Made by a program: the position numbers and the translations under genes. Below the pieces are notes generated by a model. It had not been told where the DNA came from, ran no database searches, and saw only the letters and a list, made by a program, of their open reading frames with translations. Below, one piece after another: positions 19,064 to 28,678 of a stretch of DNA of 64,000 bases. Numbering within the stretch: the first letter of the stretch is position 1; each line of letters opens with the position of its first letter. The stretch is from an uncultured Planctomycetales bacterium (lineage in GTDB: Bacteria > Omnitrophota > Gorgyraeia > Gygaellales > Profunditerraquicolaceae), in the NCBI GenBank assembly GCA_964487475.1, contig CAZAPM010000004.1, positions 37,755 to 101,754 on the forward strand. Reading direction: 5' to 3'.

Positions 19064-20704
19064 TTACATCTTCTGAGGTCGCGAGATCCCCAGTAGCGCT
19101 AAACCGGCAGCCAGCGCCACGCGGCAGCCGTCGATCAATGCCAGACGCGCCCGGGAAAGGGCCTCGTCCTGGCACAACACTTTATGCTTGTCGTAGAACT
19201 TATGGAACGCCTCCGCCAGCTCCTGCAGGTAGACGGTGAGCATATACGGGTCGACGGTCGCCGCACACACCGCGAGGACCGCATTGAACTGCCAGATCTT
19301 CTTCAGCAGCGCCAGCTCCTCCGCTTCCTTAAGCAAAGTAAGGTCGGCATCCTGCGCCGAAGGCTTGAAAGGCGCCGCGGAAAGGATGCTGCAGATACGC
19401 GCGTGCGCATACTGGCAGTAATAGACTGGATTCTCCGCGGACTGTTTCTTAGCCACTTCCAGGTCGAAATCGAGATGGCTGGAAGTCTTGCGCATCAGGA
19501 AGAAGAACCGGGACGCATCGATCCCCACTTCGTCCATCACCTCCCGCAGCATGATATACTGCCCCTTGCGGGTGGACATATGCAGCGGCGCGCCGCCCCG
19601 GGAGATGGTCGCCAGCTGCACGATCACCACTTCCAGGGACTTCGGATCGAATCCCAGCGCCGCGACGGAAGCTTTAAGCCTGGCGATATATCCGTGATGG
19701 TCCGGCCCCCACAGGTTGACCAGGTACTGGAATCCCCGTTCGAACTTGGTCCGGTGATAGGCGATATCCGGGGCCAGGTAGGTGTATGACCCGTCGCTTT
19801 TGATGACCACCCTGTCCTTATCGTCCCCGAACTGGGTGGACTTAAGCCACCAGGCGCCGTCCTGCAGGTAGACGAACCCCTTCTCCTTCAACTCCTCCAG
19901 CGCCGCTTCGAGCTTGCCGCTGGTGCGCAGGGATTTCTGGCTGTACCAGCAGTCGAACCGCACCCCGAAATCCTCCAGCTCCTTCTCGATGATCTTCAGG
20001 ATGTAGGCGCCGGAGTATTCCGGGAAATCGGAGACCGCGATCCCCTTCTCCTTGATCTCCCGGGCCATGTCGATGATGTACTCGCCCTGGTAATGGTCCT
20101 CGGGGTACTCGATCTTCTCGCCGTTGAGCTCGGCAAGCCTCAAACGCACGGAGTTGCCGAGGATATTGATCTGATTGCCTTCGTCATTAAGGTAATATTC
20201 CTTCTTCGCCTCGTAGCCGAGGAAGGCATAGATATTGGCCAGCACATCCCCGACTGCCGCCTGCCGGGCATGCGCCACGGAAAGAGGGCCCGTAGGATTG
20301 GCGCTGACGAACTCCACCAGCACCTTTTTCCCCCGGCCCACATCCGCCTGCAATGCGGCGGCGCCGGAAACGAGGATATCATGCAGCTGTCGGTAAAAAT
20401 GGCTTTCGGAAAGGTAGAAATTGAGGAACCCCGCGCCTTCGCAGCGGATATCCTTGATATCATCCTTGAGGGGACTTCCCGGCAGGAGCTCCCGGCAGCA
20501 GGCAATGAGCCTGTCGGCGATCTGGCGGGGGGATTGACGCAGCCCTTTGGCCAGACGCATGGCGATATTGGTGGTCAGGTCCCCGAAGCGGGTGTCGGAA
20601 GGAAAATCCAGGACCAGGTCCTGCGCCGGGACGTCGTTGATCCCTGCGCGGGAAAGCGCATCCATCAAAAGCGCATGCAGCCGGATTTGGATCGCTTCAT
20701 TCAT
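19064..20704 (-). CDS. argS: Arginine--tRNA ligase
   Basis: 546 aa; class I HIGH-like region (ANPTGPLSVAHARQA), C-terminal DALR anticodon-binding domain. Confidence 0.9.
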   Translation of the reverse strand: MNEAIQIRLHALLMDALSRAGINDVPAQDLVLDFPSDTRFGDLTTNIAMRLAKGLRQSPRQIADRLIACCRELLPGSPLKDDIKDIRCEGAGFLNFYLSESHFYRQLHDILVSGAAALQADVGRGKKVLVEFVSANPTGPLSVAHARQAAVGDVLANIYAFLGYEAKKEYYLNDEGNQINILGNSVRLRLAELNGEKIEYPEDHYQGEYIIDMAREIKEKGIAVSDFPEYSGAYILKIIEKELEDFGVRFDCWYSQKSLRTSGKLEAALEELKEKGFVYLQDGAWWLKSTQFGDDKDRVVIKSDGSYTYLAPDIAYHRTKFERGFQYLVNLWGPDHHGYIARLKASVAALGFDPKSLEVVIVQLATISRGGAPLHMSTRKGQYIMLREVMDEVGIDASRFFFLMRKTSSHLDFDLEVAKKQSAENPVYYCQYAHARICSILSAAPFKPSAQDADLTLLKEAEELALLKKIWQFNAVLAVCAATVDPYMLTVYLQELAEAFHKFYDKHKVLCQDEALSRARLALIDGCRVALAAGLALLGISRPQKM

Positions 20705-20716
20705 GGACGGGCAACC

Positions 20717-21070
20717 TTAAGAATGCGCCGGAGAGACTGAACGGGGGATACGCAGCTTCTTGGCATCGGCCCAGAGACGCTCCAGGGCGTAGAACTCCCG
20801 CTTCGGCTTGTAGAAAATATGCACGATCACCCCGCGGAAGTCAAGCACGATCCACCCCGACTCATCCTGGGCAGGCGCTTTGGCCAGAGGCTTGATCTTC
20901 AATTTGGCCAGCTCATCGCTGATGGAATCGGCCAGGGCATTGGTCTGCCTGAGGGAAGAGGTGCTCATGAGCACGAAATACTCGCAGAAGCCGGCAACCT
21001 GGCGCATATCCAGCACCGTCACCTGCTCTGCTTTCTTTGACCTGGAAAAGGACGCGATGAACAGCGCCAA
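20717..21070 (-). CDS. rsfS: Ribosomal silencing factor RsfS (Iojap)
   Basis: 117 aa; conserved VLDMR...CEYFVLMS...GWIVLDFRGVIVHIF. Confidence 0.85.
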   Translation of the reverse strand: MALFIASFSRSKKAEQVTVLDMRQVAGFCEYFVLMSTSSLRQTNALADSISDELAKLKIKPLAKAPAQDESGWIVLDFRGVIVHIFYKPKREFYALERLWADAKKLRIPRSVSPAHS

Positions 21071-21109
21071 TGGTTTGTTTTCGATGGCGAGCCCCCCTCA
21101 ATAAACAAC

Positions 21110-21143
21110 TTACGCTGCAAAGCATCCTTCCTTTGCAGCGTAA
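21110..21143 (-). terminator. Rho-independent terminator hairpin (13-bp perfect stem, 8-nt loop) followed by U-rich tract on minus strand
   Basis: TTACGCTGCAAAG-catccttc-CTTTGCAGCGTAA; minus-sense downstream GUUGUUUAUU; lies 3' of small zinc-ribbon gene. Confidence 0.6.
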
Positions 21144-21162
21144 GCGCGGATATTCCCTTAGG

Positions 21163-21312
21163 TTACTTCTTACCTAATATCTTATACATGCCGGTGCCGC
21201 AATCGGGGCACTTGCCCTTCATGGCCTGGCGATCGTTCTTCATGGTGACCTTCTGCTCGTCCTTCATTTCTTTCTTGCCCTTGCACTTGACGCAATAACC
21301 CTTCTCTGCCAT
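21163..21312 (-). CDS. Small zinc-ribbon protein (49 aa, CxxC...CxxC), resembles a widespread ~50-aa family (DUF5679-like)
   Basis: MAEKGYCVKCKGKKEMKDEQKVTMKNDRQAMKGKCPDCGTGMYKILGKK; own TTGACA-N17-TAATAT promoter, GGAGG RBS and terminator; not in ORF track (<60 aa). Confidence 0.6.
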   Translation of the reverse strand: MAEKGYCVKCKGKKEMKDEQKVTMKNDRQAMKGKCPDCGTGMYKILGKK

Positions 21313-21373
21313 TGTTGCCTCCTTCTACGGTTAGGTTACAATCTAGAAATAATACCGGATAGCGATTGTTGGT

Positions 21374-21402
21374 ATATTAGCACAACTGCCCTGCCCTGTC
21401 AA
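21374..21402 (-). promoter_or_regulatory. sigma70 promoter TTGACA-N17-TAATAT for the small zinc-ribbon gene
   Basis: minus-strand tttaTTGACAgggcagggcagttgtgcTAATATacc...GGAGGcaacaATG. Confidence 0.6.
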
Positions 21403-21411
21403 TAAAGGCGC

Positions 21412-22425
21412 TTAGCGCACCCGGCGCTTCGGCCGGTTTCGCTTTTCCTCCAGCTCCCCTACGATCTCCTCCATCAGGTCCTCCAGGGTCACCAGCCCCC
21501 TGGTCGACCCGTCCGCGCCCGTCACCACCGCCACCTGGATCTTCTCCGCCTGGAACTTACGCAGGAGATCGTTCACTTTCATAGTCTCGGGGATCCGGGA
21601 GATCTCCTGGATGATATCCTGCATGATCACCAGCCCCTTTTCCTTGACCAGGTAAAGCAGGTCCTTGGCGTAGACGATACCCGTGATATTGTCCACCGCC
21701 CCCTGGTACACCGGAAGCCGGGCGTATCCTTCCTCCACGAACACGTCCATGACCGCATCGACGCTGGAATCCACGTTGATGGCGATGACCTTATCCTTGG
21801 GCACCATGACGGAGCTCACCGGAATGTTCCCGAAATCGAAGATACGGTGCAGCATACGCTTCTCTTCGTCGGAAAGCACCCCCTCTTCCTTCCCGATCTC
21901 GATCATCAGCCGCAGCTCCTCCTCCGTGATCAACGGGGAGCGCTTGGGCCGCCCCAGGCCGAAGACCTTGAGGATGACCGCGCTGGTGCCGGCAAAAAGG
22001 GAGATGACGGGCTTAAGCCACCTGACCAGCACCACCCAGAGGGGAGCGGCGATAAGCGCCATGCGCTCGGTGTATTTAAGCGCCAGGATCTTGGGCGTGA
22101 TCTCGCAAAGCACCAGGATCCCCAGGGTCGAAGAAAGCGTGGCGATGAGCACCCCCCACCTGAACCCGAATATCCCCACCATCATGGCGGTCACCAGAGA
22201 GGACATGGTGATATTGACCAGATTGTTGGTCACCAGGATGGCGGTGATGAAACGGTCGATATCTCCGGAGAGGGATTGGACGGACTTGGCGCCCCGCACC
22301 CCTTTGGAAAGCAGATGGCGGAGCTTAAGCTTGCTCACCCCCACCACCGCGGTCTCGGACGCGGAGATGAACGCGGAAAAAACCACCAGAAACCCCAGTA
22401 TCACCAGAATGACCGATAACGGCAT
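21412..22425 (-). CDS. CNNM/TlyC-type transporter-associated protein (DUF21 TM domain + tandem CBS)
   Basis: 337 aa; N-terminal 4-TM DUF21 (AFISASETA), two CBS domains. Confidence 0.75.
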   Translation of the reverse strand: MPLSVILVILGFLVVFSAFISASETAVVGVSKLKLRHLLSKGVRGAKSVQSLSGDIDRFITAILVTNNLVNITMSSLVTAMMVGIFGFRWGVLIATLSSTLGILVLCEITPKILALKYTERMALIAAPLWVVLVRWLKPVISLFAGTSAVILKVFGLGRPKRSPLITEEELRLMIEIGKEEGVLSDEEKRMLHRIFDFGNIPVSSVMVPKDKVIAINVDSSVDAVMDVFVEEGYARLPVYQGAVDNITGIVYAKDLLYLVKEKGLVIMQDIIQEISRIPETMKVNDLLRKFQAEKIQVAVVTGADGSTRGLVTLEDLMEEIVGELEEKRNRPKRRVR

Positions 22426-22439
22426 GGCCTTCCTTTATG

Positions 22440-23708
22440 TTATGCCAGCGACAGCACTGCGCGCAGGTCCTTTTCCCTTCCGGCGAGAGGGCCGATGGCG
22501 GCAAGGTTGAGATGATCCTCCTTGAAGACCTCCCTGGCTACCTGCAGCACTTCCCCGCGGGTAAGCGCCCGGATGTGGCGGATGACCTCCCGCAGCATCA
22601 CGGTCTTATGCAGCAGCGCCTCGGATTCCCCTATCCAGAGCATATGCTCCATGGTATCCTCCAGGGCCAGGGAAAGCTGTCCCTGGTAGAACTCTTTAGC
22701 CCGGGCGAACTCATCCTCGGAAACCGCGGCGCGCCGGATACGCCCCAACTCCTTCATCACCACTTTGATCGCATCCACCACCTTGGCATTGTCTATCCCC
22801 GCATGCACCAGGAACGCCCCGGTATCCTGGAAACGCTTGACCTGGGTGCCGATCTCATAGGCCAGCCCCCGCTTTTCCCTCACCTCGTTGAAAAGCCGGC
22901 TGGACATGTTCGCGCCCAGGATGATGTGCAGCAGGGCCTGCGCATAGCGCAAGGGATGGTCCCGTTCGAAACTGTGGAATCCCAGCAGAAGATGCGTCTG
23001 CTCGGTATCCTTAGGCAGCAGAGAGACCTGCGGGCCGTCCTGCGCGATCTTCGCCGGAAGGAACTCGTTACCCGAAGCCCCGGCCAACCCCTTGAAATAC
23101 CCGCGCACCTGCGCCACAAAAGCCCGATGCGAAAGATTACCGGCGGCGGAGACCACGATATTGGCGCCGCTGTAATGGCGGGACTGGAACTTCGCGAGGT
23201 CCTGACGGCTGATACGGCTTACCGACTCCACGGAGCCGATGACGCTCGCACCCAGCATCTGCCGGGGCCAAAGCAGCGCATCCATCAGGTCGTGCACATG
23301 GCTTTGCGGCAGGTCCCGGTACATCTTAAGCTCCTCCAGGATCACCGTACGCTCTTTTTCCACATCCCGGGCCGCAAGCATCGGATGCAGCACCATATCC
23401 GAAAGGATCTCCAGCCCCCGGTCAAGATACCGGTAGGGGAGTTTAGCCAGGTAGCAGGTCACCTCTTCCGAAGTGAACCCGTTCAGCGAGCCTCCCACCC
23501 CTTCGATGGACTCCTTGATCTTCCGGCAGGAGTATTTTCTGCTGCCCTTGAACAGGAGATGCTCGAGATAATGACTGATACCCTTATTCCCCTCCGTTTC
23601 ATAACGGCCGCCTACCTTGATCCACACCCCCACCGCCGCGGAAAGCATCCCCGGCATGCGGTGCGTGATCACCTTTACCCCGTTGTCAAGCGTCGTCCTT
23701 TCGTACAC
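22440..23708 (-). CDS. M16-family zinc metallopeptidase (pitrilysin-like)
   Basis: Inverted zinc motif HYLEHLLF; start taken at the GTG preceded by GGAGG, 1 nt after the trpA stop; the longer ORF runs 237 nt into trpA. Confidence 0.75.
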   Translation of the reverse strand: MYERTTLDNGVKVITHRMPGMLSAAVGVWIKVGGRYETEGNKGISHYLEHLLFKGSRKYSCRKIKESIEGVGGSLNGFTSEEVTCYLAKLPYRYLDRGLEILSDMVLHPMLAARDVEKERTVILEELKMYRDLPQSHVHDLMDALLWPRQMLGASVIGSVESVSRISRQDLAKFQSRHYSGANIVVSAAGNLSHRAFVAQVRGYFKGLAGASGNEFLPAKIAQDGPQVSLLPKDTEQTHLLLGFHSFERDHPLRYAQALLHIILGANMSSRLFNEVREKRGLAYEIGTQVKRFQDTGAFLVHAGIDNAKVVDAIKVVMKELGRIRRAAVSEDEFARAKEFYQGQLSLALEDTMEHMLWIGESEALLHKTVMLREVIRHIRALTRGEVLQVAREVFKEDHLNLAAIGPLAGREKDLRAVLSLA

Positions 23709-23709
23709 G

Positions 23710-24501
23710 TCATCCTCCTTTGAGGTGCCGCACGAAGCGAGAGAGCGCTTGCGCCATGCGGGGAGATCGAAGATGTGAAGTGATGAGCCTGACCAGAGCG
23801 CTGCCGACGATAACCCCGTCCGCGACCTTCCAGACCGCAGCCACCTGGGAGGGATTCGAGACCCCGAAGCCCACGCATACCGGCAGGGAGACCGCCTTCT
23901 TGATCTGCCTGACCTTGGCGGAGGTGTCCTTGGGAAGGCTGTCACGTGCGCCGGTGACCCCGGTCAAGGACACATAGTAGAGGAACCCGCGGGAAGCCCG
24001 GGCCGCGGCTTTGATCCGCGGCATGGTACTGGTGGGGGACGCGAAGAAGATGGTGGCGAATGTACGGGCAGCGGCACACCGCCGCAGCTGCACCGCCTCC
24101 TCGGGAGGAAGGTCCGGGATGATCACCCCGTCCACTCCGCAGGCATGCGCCTGCTCCACGAAACGCTTTTCCCCGTACACGAACACCGGATTGTAATACG
24201 TCATGAGGCACACCGGCACCTGTAACCCGAGGCTCCTCGCCTTCGCCACCATGCGCATGATCCGCTCCAGGGTCACCCCCCGGCGTAAAGCATACCGCGA
24301 AGCTTCCTGTATCACGGGACCGTCGGCCATCGGATCGGTGAAGGGGACTCCCAGCTCCACGATATCCGCCCCGGATTCCTCCAGCGCGAAAAGCAGTTTC
24401 TGCGTCTGCGCCAGATCGGGATATCCCGCGGTGATGAACGCGATAAAGGCTTTCTTCCCCCGGCTGCGCAGCTGCGAGAACTTCCGGTCGATCCGGTTCA
24501 T
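23710..24501 (-). CDS. trpA: Tryptophan synthase alpha chain
   Basis: 263 aa; [12 protein letters not shown]...[21 protein letters not shown]. Confidence 0.9.
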   Translation of the reverse strand: MNRIDRKFSQLRSRGKKAFIAFITAGYPDLAQTQKLLFALEESGADIVELGVPFTDPMADGPVIQEASRYALRRGVTLERIMRMVAKARSLGLQVPVCLMTYYNPVFVYGEKRFVEQAHACGVDGVIIPDLPPEEAVQLRRCAAARTFATIFFASPTSTMPRIKAAARASRGFLYYVSLTGVTGARDSLPKDTSAKVRQIKKAVSLPVCVGFGVSNPSQVAAVWKVADGVIVGSALVRLITSHLRSPRMAQALSRFVRHLKGG

Positions 24502-25682
24502 TCCTGCACCTTGATCCTTTCGGTGACGATGCCCATATCCTTATCCCCTCTTCCGGAAAGGCACACCACAACCAAAGAATTCTTCTTGAAGGAACGCGCG
24601 TGGCGCAGAAGATATCCCACGGCATGCGCGGATTCCAGCGCCGGAATGATGCCTTCGGTCTGGGCCAGGACCTTAAATCCCTCCAGGGCCTGCGCATCGC
24701 TCGCCGAGACGTACGTCGCCCGGCCGCTCCTGCGGTAATACGCATGCTCGGGACCGACCCCGGGATAATCCAGCCCGGCGGAGACCGAGTGCGTGGGCAG
24801 GACCTGTCCGTACCGGTCGTGCAACAACGCGGATTTGCATCCGTGCAGCACCCCGGTGGAACCCGCTACCAGCGTGGCGGCGTGCATTCCTCCGGAGATC
24901 CCCTCCCCTCCCGCTTCCACTCCGATGAACGCCACTTTGCGGTCGCGGAAAAAAGGATGGAACAGCCCCATGGCGTTGCTCCCTCCGCCCACACAGGCTA
25001 CCAGATACTCCGGTAAGCGGCCTTCCTTGGCCAGCACCTGCCGCCTGGCCTCCCGGCCGATGACGGACTGAAAGTCCCTTACCAGCATCGGATACGGATG
25101 CGGACCGGCTACCGTGCCGATGATATAATGCGTGTGCCCCACGTTGGTCGCCCAATCGCGCAGCGCCTCGGTCATGGCGTCCTTCAAGGTCTTCGTGCCG
25201 CTGGAGACCTTGACCACGCGGCTTCCCAGCAGGCGCATGCGGTAGACGTTGAGGCTCTGCCTGGCCATATCCTCCTCGCCCATATATACCTCGCAGCGCA
25301 ATCCGAAGCGGGCCGCCACCGTCGCGGTCGCCACACCGTGCTGCCCGGCCCCGGTCTCGGCGATCACCCTCGGCTTCTTCATGCGTACCGCCAATAACGC
25401 CTGGCCGATGGTGTTGTTGATCTTGTGCGCGCCCGTATGCAGCAGGTCTTCCCGCTTGAGATACACCTTAAGCCCCAGTTCCCGGCTCAACCGCGCCGCA
25501 AAATACAGCGGCGTGGGACGGCCCGCGTACTCCTTCAGGTAATATTCGAAATCCCTGCGGAAACCCGGATCTTTTTTCGCCCGGGCATACTCCCGCGTCA
25601 ACTCATCGAGCGCGCCGATCAGCGTCTCCGACACATACCTGCCCCCGAACTCCCCGAAATGCCCCTTGCTGTCCGGAATCAT
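24498..25682 (-). CDS. trpB: Tryptophan synthase beta chain (TrpB1)
   Basis: Start taken at [21 protein letters not shown] (ATGA overlap with trpF stop); PLP site GAHKINN; the ORF track extension upstream is rejected. Confidence 0.9.
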   Translation of the reverse strand: MIPDSKGHFGEFGGRYVSETLIGALDELTREYARAKKDPGFRRDFEYYLKEYAGRPTPLYFAARLSRELGLKVYLKREDLLHTGAHKINNTIGQALLAVRMKKPRVIAETGAGQHGVATATVAARFGLRCEVYMGEEDMARQSLNVYRMRLLGSRVVKVSSGTKTLKDAMTEALRDWATNVGHTHYIIGTVAGPHPYPMLVRDFQSVIGREARRQVLAKEGRLPEYLVACVGGGSNAMGLFHPFFRDRKVAFIGVEAGGEGISGGMHAATLVAGSTGVLHGCKSALLHDRYGQVLPTHSVSAGLDYPGVGPEHAYYRRSGRATYVSASDAQALEGFKVLAQTEGIIPALESAHAVGYLLRHARSFKKNSLVVVCLSGRGDKDMGIVTERIKVQE

Positions 25683-26317
25683 ATCCCGCACCCCTTTACC
25701 GCGCACATGAAACGCTCCATCTTTCCCGCGTCCTTCCTGCCCGGCGCAGACTCCACTCCGCTGCAGACATCCACCCAATCCGGGTGCACCGCACACAAGG
25801 CGCGGCGCACGTTCTCCGGGGAAAGCCCCCCGGAAAGGAACACTTTTTTCCCCGCGCCGCGGAAACCTGCGGCCAGCTTCCATTCGAACGTCCTGCCCGT
25901 GCCGCCGTAGCGCTTCGCGGAGAACGCATCGAACAGGTACCCCCAGGTATCGAAATCCTCTATCCCGCGCAGATCCGCGGCGGTGCGGATACGGAACGCC
26001 TTGACCACTTTATATCCCGGAAAACGCCGGCAGAACTCCGGAGATTCATCCCCGTGGAACTGCAGGATATCCAGCCCGCACTCCCGGGCGATCGCCCGCA
26101 CCGTCGACTCGCGGCTATTGACGAACACCCCCACCCTGGCCACGCTCCGGGGAAGGTACGCGGCGATCTTTGCGGCCACCTCCGGCCGCACGTAGCGCGG
26201 ACTGCGCCGGTAAAAATTGAACCCTATGGCCTGGCACTTCGCCCGCGCCGCCGCCAGCGCATCGGGAAGGTTGGTCACCCCGCATACCTTCACCCGCGCC
26301 CGCGCCGCGCTTACCAT
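25679..26317 (-). CDS. trpF: Phosphoribosylanthranilate isomerase
   Basis: 212 aa; VKVCGVTN...; position in trp operon. Confidence 0.8.
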   Translation of the reverse strand: MVSAARARVKVCGVTNLPDALAAARAKCQAIGFNFYRRSPRYVRPEVAAKIAAYLPRSVARVGVFVNSRESTVRAIARECGLDILQFHGDESPEFCRRFPGYKVVKAFRIRTAADLRGIEDFDTWGYLFDAFSAKRYGGTGRTFEWKLAAGFRGAGKKVFLSGGLSPENVRRALCAVHPDWVDVCSGVESAPGRKDAGKMERFMCAVKGCGI

Positions 26318-27099
26318 CCCATCAAACCCTCGACCGCCGGCCGCAGGCTGGGCGCCGCCATGAACGTCTCGCCGACCAGGATGGCATGCACCCCCAGCAC
26401 TTTCAGGAACAACGTATCCTGCCGGGTCTTAAGCCCGCTTTCCACCACCACGACCTTATCCCGGGGGATAAGCGTATAGAGCCGCTCCGTGGTCTTCAAG
26501 TCCACCTCCAGGGTGCGCAGGTCGCGGTTATTGATCCCGATCACCGGCGCCTTGAGGGTGAGCACCTTCTTAAGCTCCTTTTCCTCGTGCACCTCGACGA
26601 TATACTGCAGGCCTAAAGAATCGGCGAGCGCCATCATCTCGGTCAGCGCATCCTTGGTCAGCAGATCCGCGATGAACAATACCGCATCCGCACCGTAGGC
26701 CCTGGACTCGTAGACCTGATACGGCTCAAGGATGAAATCCTTGCGCAGCACCGGCACCTGGACCACGGCCTTGACCTCGCCCAGATACAGCAGCGATCCC
26801 TGGAAAAAGTCCTCCTCCGTCAGCACCGAGATCGCCTGCACCCCGATCTCCTGGTACTCCCGGGCGATGGCCGCAGGATCGAAATCCTGCCGGATCACGC
26901 CGGCCGAAGGGGACGCCTTCTTGATCTCGGCGATAAGGGAAAGCACCCGCGGCTTAGAGATCGCCGCGGCAAAAGGACGGCAGGGCGGCATACCCTGGAT
27001 CATCTCCTGCAGCTGTTCCTGCGAATGGACGAGCTTGGCTTCTGCCACGCGCTCCTTCTTCCTCTGTACGATCTGTTTCAAGACATCGGCTTTGGCCAT
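26311..27099 (-). CDS. trpC: Indole-3-glycerol phosphate synthase
   Basis: 262 aa; IAEIKKASPSAG...; INNRDLRTLEVD. Confidence 0.85.
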   Translation of the reverse strand: MAKADVLKQIVQRKKERVAEAKLVHSQEQLQEMIQGMPPCRPFAAAISKPRVLSLIAEIKKASPSAGVIRQDFDPAAIAREYQEIGVQAISVLTEEDFFQGSLLYLGEVKAVVQVPVLRKDFILEPYQVYESRAYGADAVLFIADLLTKDALTEMMALADSLGLQYIVEVHEEKELKKVLTLKAPVIGINNRDLRTLEVDLKTTERLYTLIPRDKVVVVESGLKTRQDTLFLKVLGVHAILVGETFMAAPSLRPAVEGLMGW

Positions 27100-27102
27100 A
27101 GG

Positions 27103-28116
27103 TCATCTGCTCCTGGTGAATTCCACGAAACGCTCCATTACCCGCAATGCCGACTTCGAATCGATCGACTGCTGTGCCAGCGGCACTGCGGCCAGGATCG
27201 AATCCGCCCTGTCCGCCGCATATAACGCCGCGGCGGCGTTGAGCACCACGATATCCCTTGCCGGTCCGTTCTCCCCGGAAAGCACGCGCCGGATGATCTC
27301 GGCGTTCTTTTGCGCATTCCCTCCGGCAAGCTCCGTGAGGGTGGCCGGGTACATCCCGAGCTCCTGCGGGGTCACCGTATACGCCCTGTAGATACCGCGA
27401 TGGAACTCGGCGACAAAGGAAGGCCCGGTGGTGGAGATCTCATCCAACCCGTTGTGCCCGTGCACCACGACCGCGTGCGCAGTGCCGAGATTACCCAGCA
27501 CCTTCGCCATCGGCTCTACCCATTTGCGGTCAAAGACCCCGATAAGCTGCTGTGTCGCATGCGCCGGATTGGTCAAAGGCCCGAGCATATTGAACATGGT
27601 CCGGGAGACGATCTGCTTGCGCGCCGGCATGGCGTACATCATCGCCGGGTGCATCTGCGGCGCGAACAGAAATACGATCCCGCACTCGTCAAGGCAGCGT
27701 TTCAGATCGGCGGGAGGCAACGCGAGGTTCACCCCCAACGCCTCCAGCACGTCCGCGCTTCCCGACGCACTTGACACCGCCCGGTTGCCGTGCTTGGCCA
27801 CCTTCACCCCCGCGCCGGCCGCCACAAAGGACACCGCCGTGGAAATATTGAACGTCCCCTGGGCGTCCCCCCCGGTACCGCAGGTATCCAGCACTCCCGC
27901 GCCGTCGATCCCCAGCGGGACCATATGGCGCCGCATCACGGTCACCGCCGCGGTCAGCTCCTCCACGGTCTCCCCTTTTTCGCGCAGCGCGGTAAGCAAA
28001 AGCACGATATCGGCGGTAGAGACCCTTCCGGTCATGATCTCTTCCATGGAGTCCTGCATCACCGAAAAAGGGAGATGCTTGCCGGCTTTCAGCAGTGCGA
28101 GCGCGCCTTCGATCAT
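27103..28116 (-). CDS. trpD: Anthranilate phosphoribosyltransferase
   Basis: 337 aa; CGTGGDAQGTFNISTAVSFVAAGAGVKVAKHGNRAVSS. Confidence 0.9.
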   Translation of the reverse strand: MIEGALALLKAGKHLPFSVMQDSMEEIMTGRVSTADIVLLLTALREKGETVEELTAAVTVMRRHMVPLGIDGAGVLDTCGTGGDAQGTFNISTAVSFVAAGAGVKVAKHGNRAVSSASGSADVLEALGVNLALPPADLKRCLDECGIVFLFAPQMHPAMMYAMPARKQIVSRTMFNMLGPLTNPAHATQQLIGVFDRKWVEPMAKVLGNLGTAHAVVVHGHNGLDEISTTGPSFVAEFHRGIYRAYTVTPQELGMYPATLTELAGGNAQKNAEIIRRVLSGENGPARDIVVLNAAAALYAADRADSILAAVPLAQQSIDSKSALRVMERFVEFTRSR

Positions 28117-28676
28117 AGCGTCAGAAAATTCCTCAATATGCGCATCCCTTCCCTGGTCATCACCGATTCCGGATGGAACTGCACCCCGAAGACCTTGAAT
28201 TTCCGGTGGGCCATGCCCATGACCTCCTGGTCCCTGGTCCAGGCGGTCAGACGAAGCGCCTGGGGCAGGGTCTTTTTCTCGACCAGCAGAGAATGATACC
28301 GCGTGGCCTCGAACGGATCCTCCACGCCCTTGAACAATCCGCTGCCGTCATGGTACACCTTCGAGACCTTGCCGTGCATGAGCTTTCCCGCGTTGATCAC
28401 CTTGCCGCCGTAGACTAAGCCGATAGCCTGATGCCCCAGGCACACCCCCAATATCGGGATCTGTCCCGCGAACGCCCGGATGGCATCGCAGGAGACCCCG
28501 GCGTCCTCCGGCCGGCCCGGCCCGGGAGAGATCACGATGCGGGATGGCGCCAGCCGTCCGATCCCCGCGACCGTGATCTTATCGTTACGCACCACCTTGA
28601 CCTTCTCCCCGAGTTCGGCAAGGTACTGGACGATATTATACGTAAAGGAATCGTAATTATCGATCATCAACAGCAT
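28113..28676 (-). CDS. trpG: Anthranilate synthase component II (glutamine amidotransferase)
   Basis: MLLMIDNYDSFTYNIVQYL...; class I GATase Cys (GVCLGHQ); start taken at second Met. Confidence 0.85.
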   Translation of the reverse strand: MLLMIDNYDSFTYNIVQYLAELGEKVKVVRNDKITVAGIGRLAPSRIVISPGPGRPEDAGVSCDAIRAFAGQIPILGVCLGHQAIGLVYGGKVINAGKLMHGKVSKVYHDGSGLFKGVEDPFEATRYHSLLVEKKTLPQALRLTAWTRDQEVMGMAHRKFKVFGVQFHPESVMTREGMRILRNFLTL

Positions 28677-28678
28677 GG

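Noticed and set aside
19056-19175. N-terminal extensions of several track ORFs. Examples are recJ to 19175, the M16 peptidase to 23945, trpB to 25883, mazG to 10259, GT4 to 45895, the secreted protein to 11154, the radical SAM gene to 40901 and glgA to 35395.
   Set aside because: The extensions run deep into the upstream gene and lack an RBS and the conserved N-terminal motifs. Internal starts with an RBS or a 4-bp coupling overlap fit the gene boundaries better.
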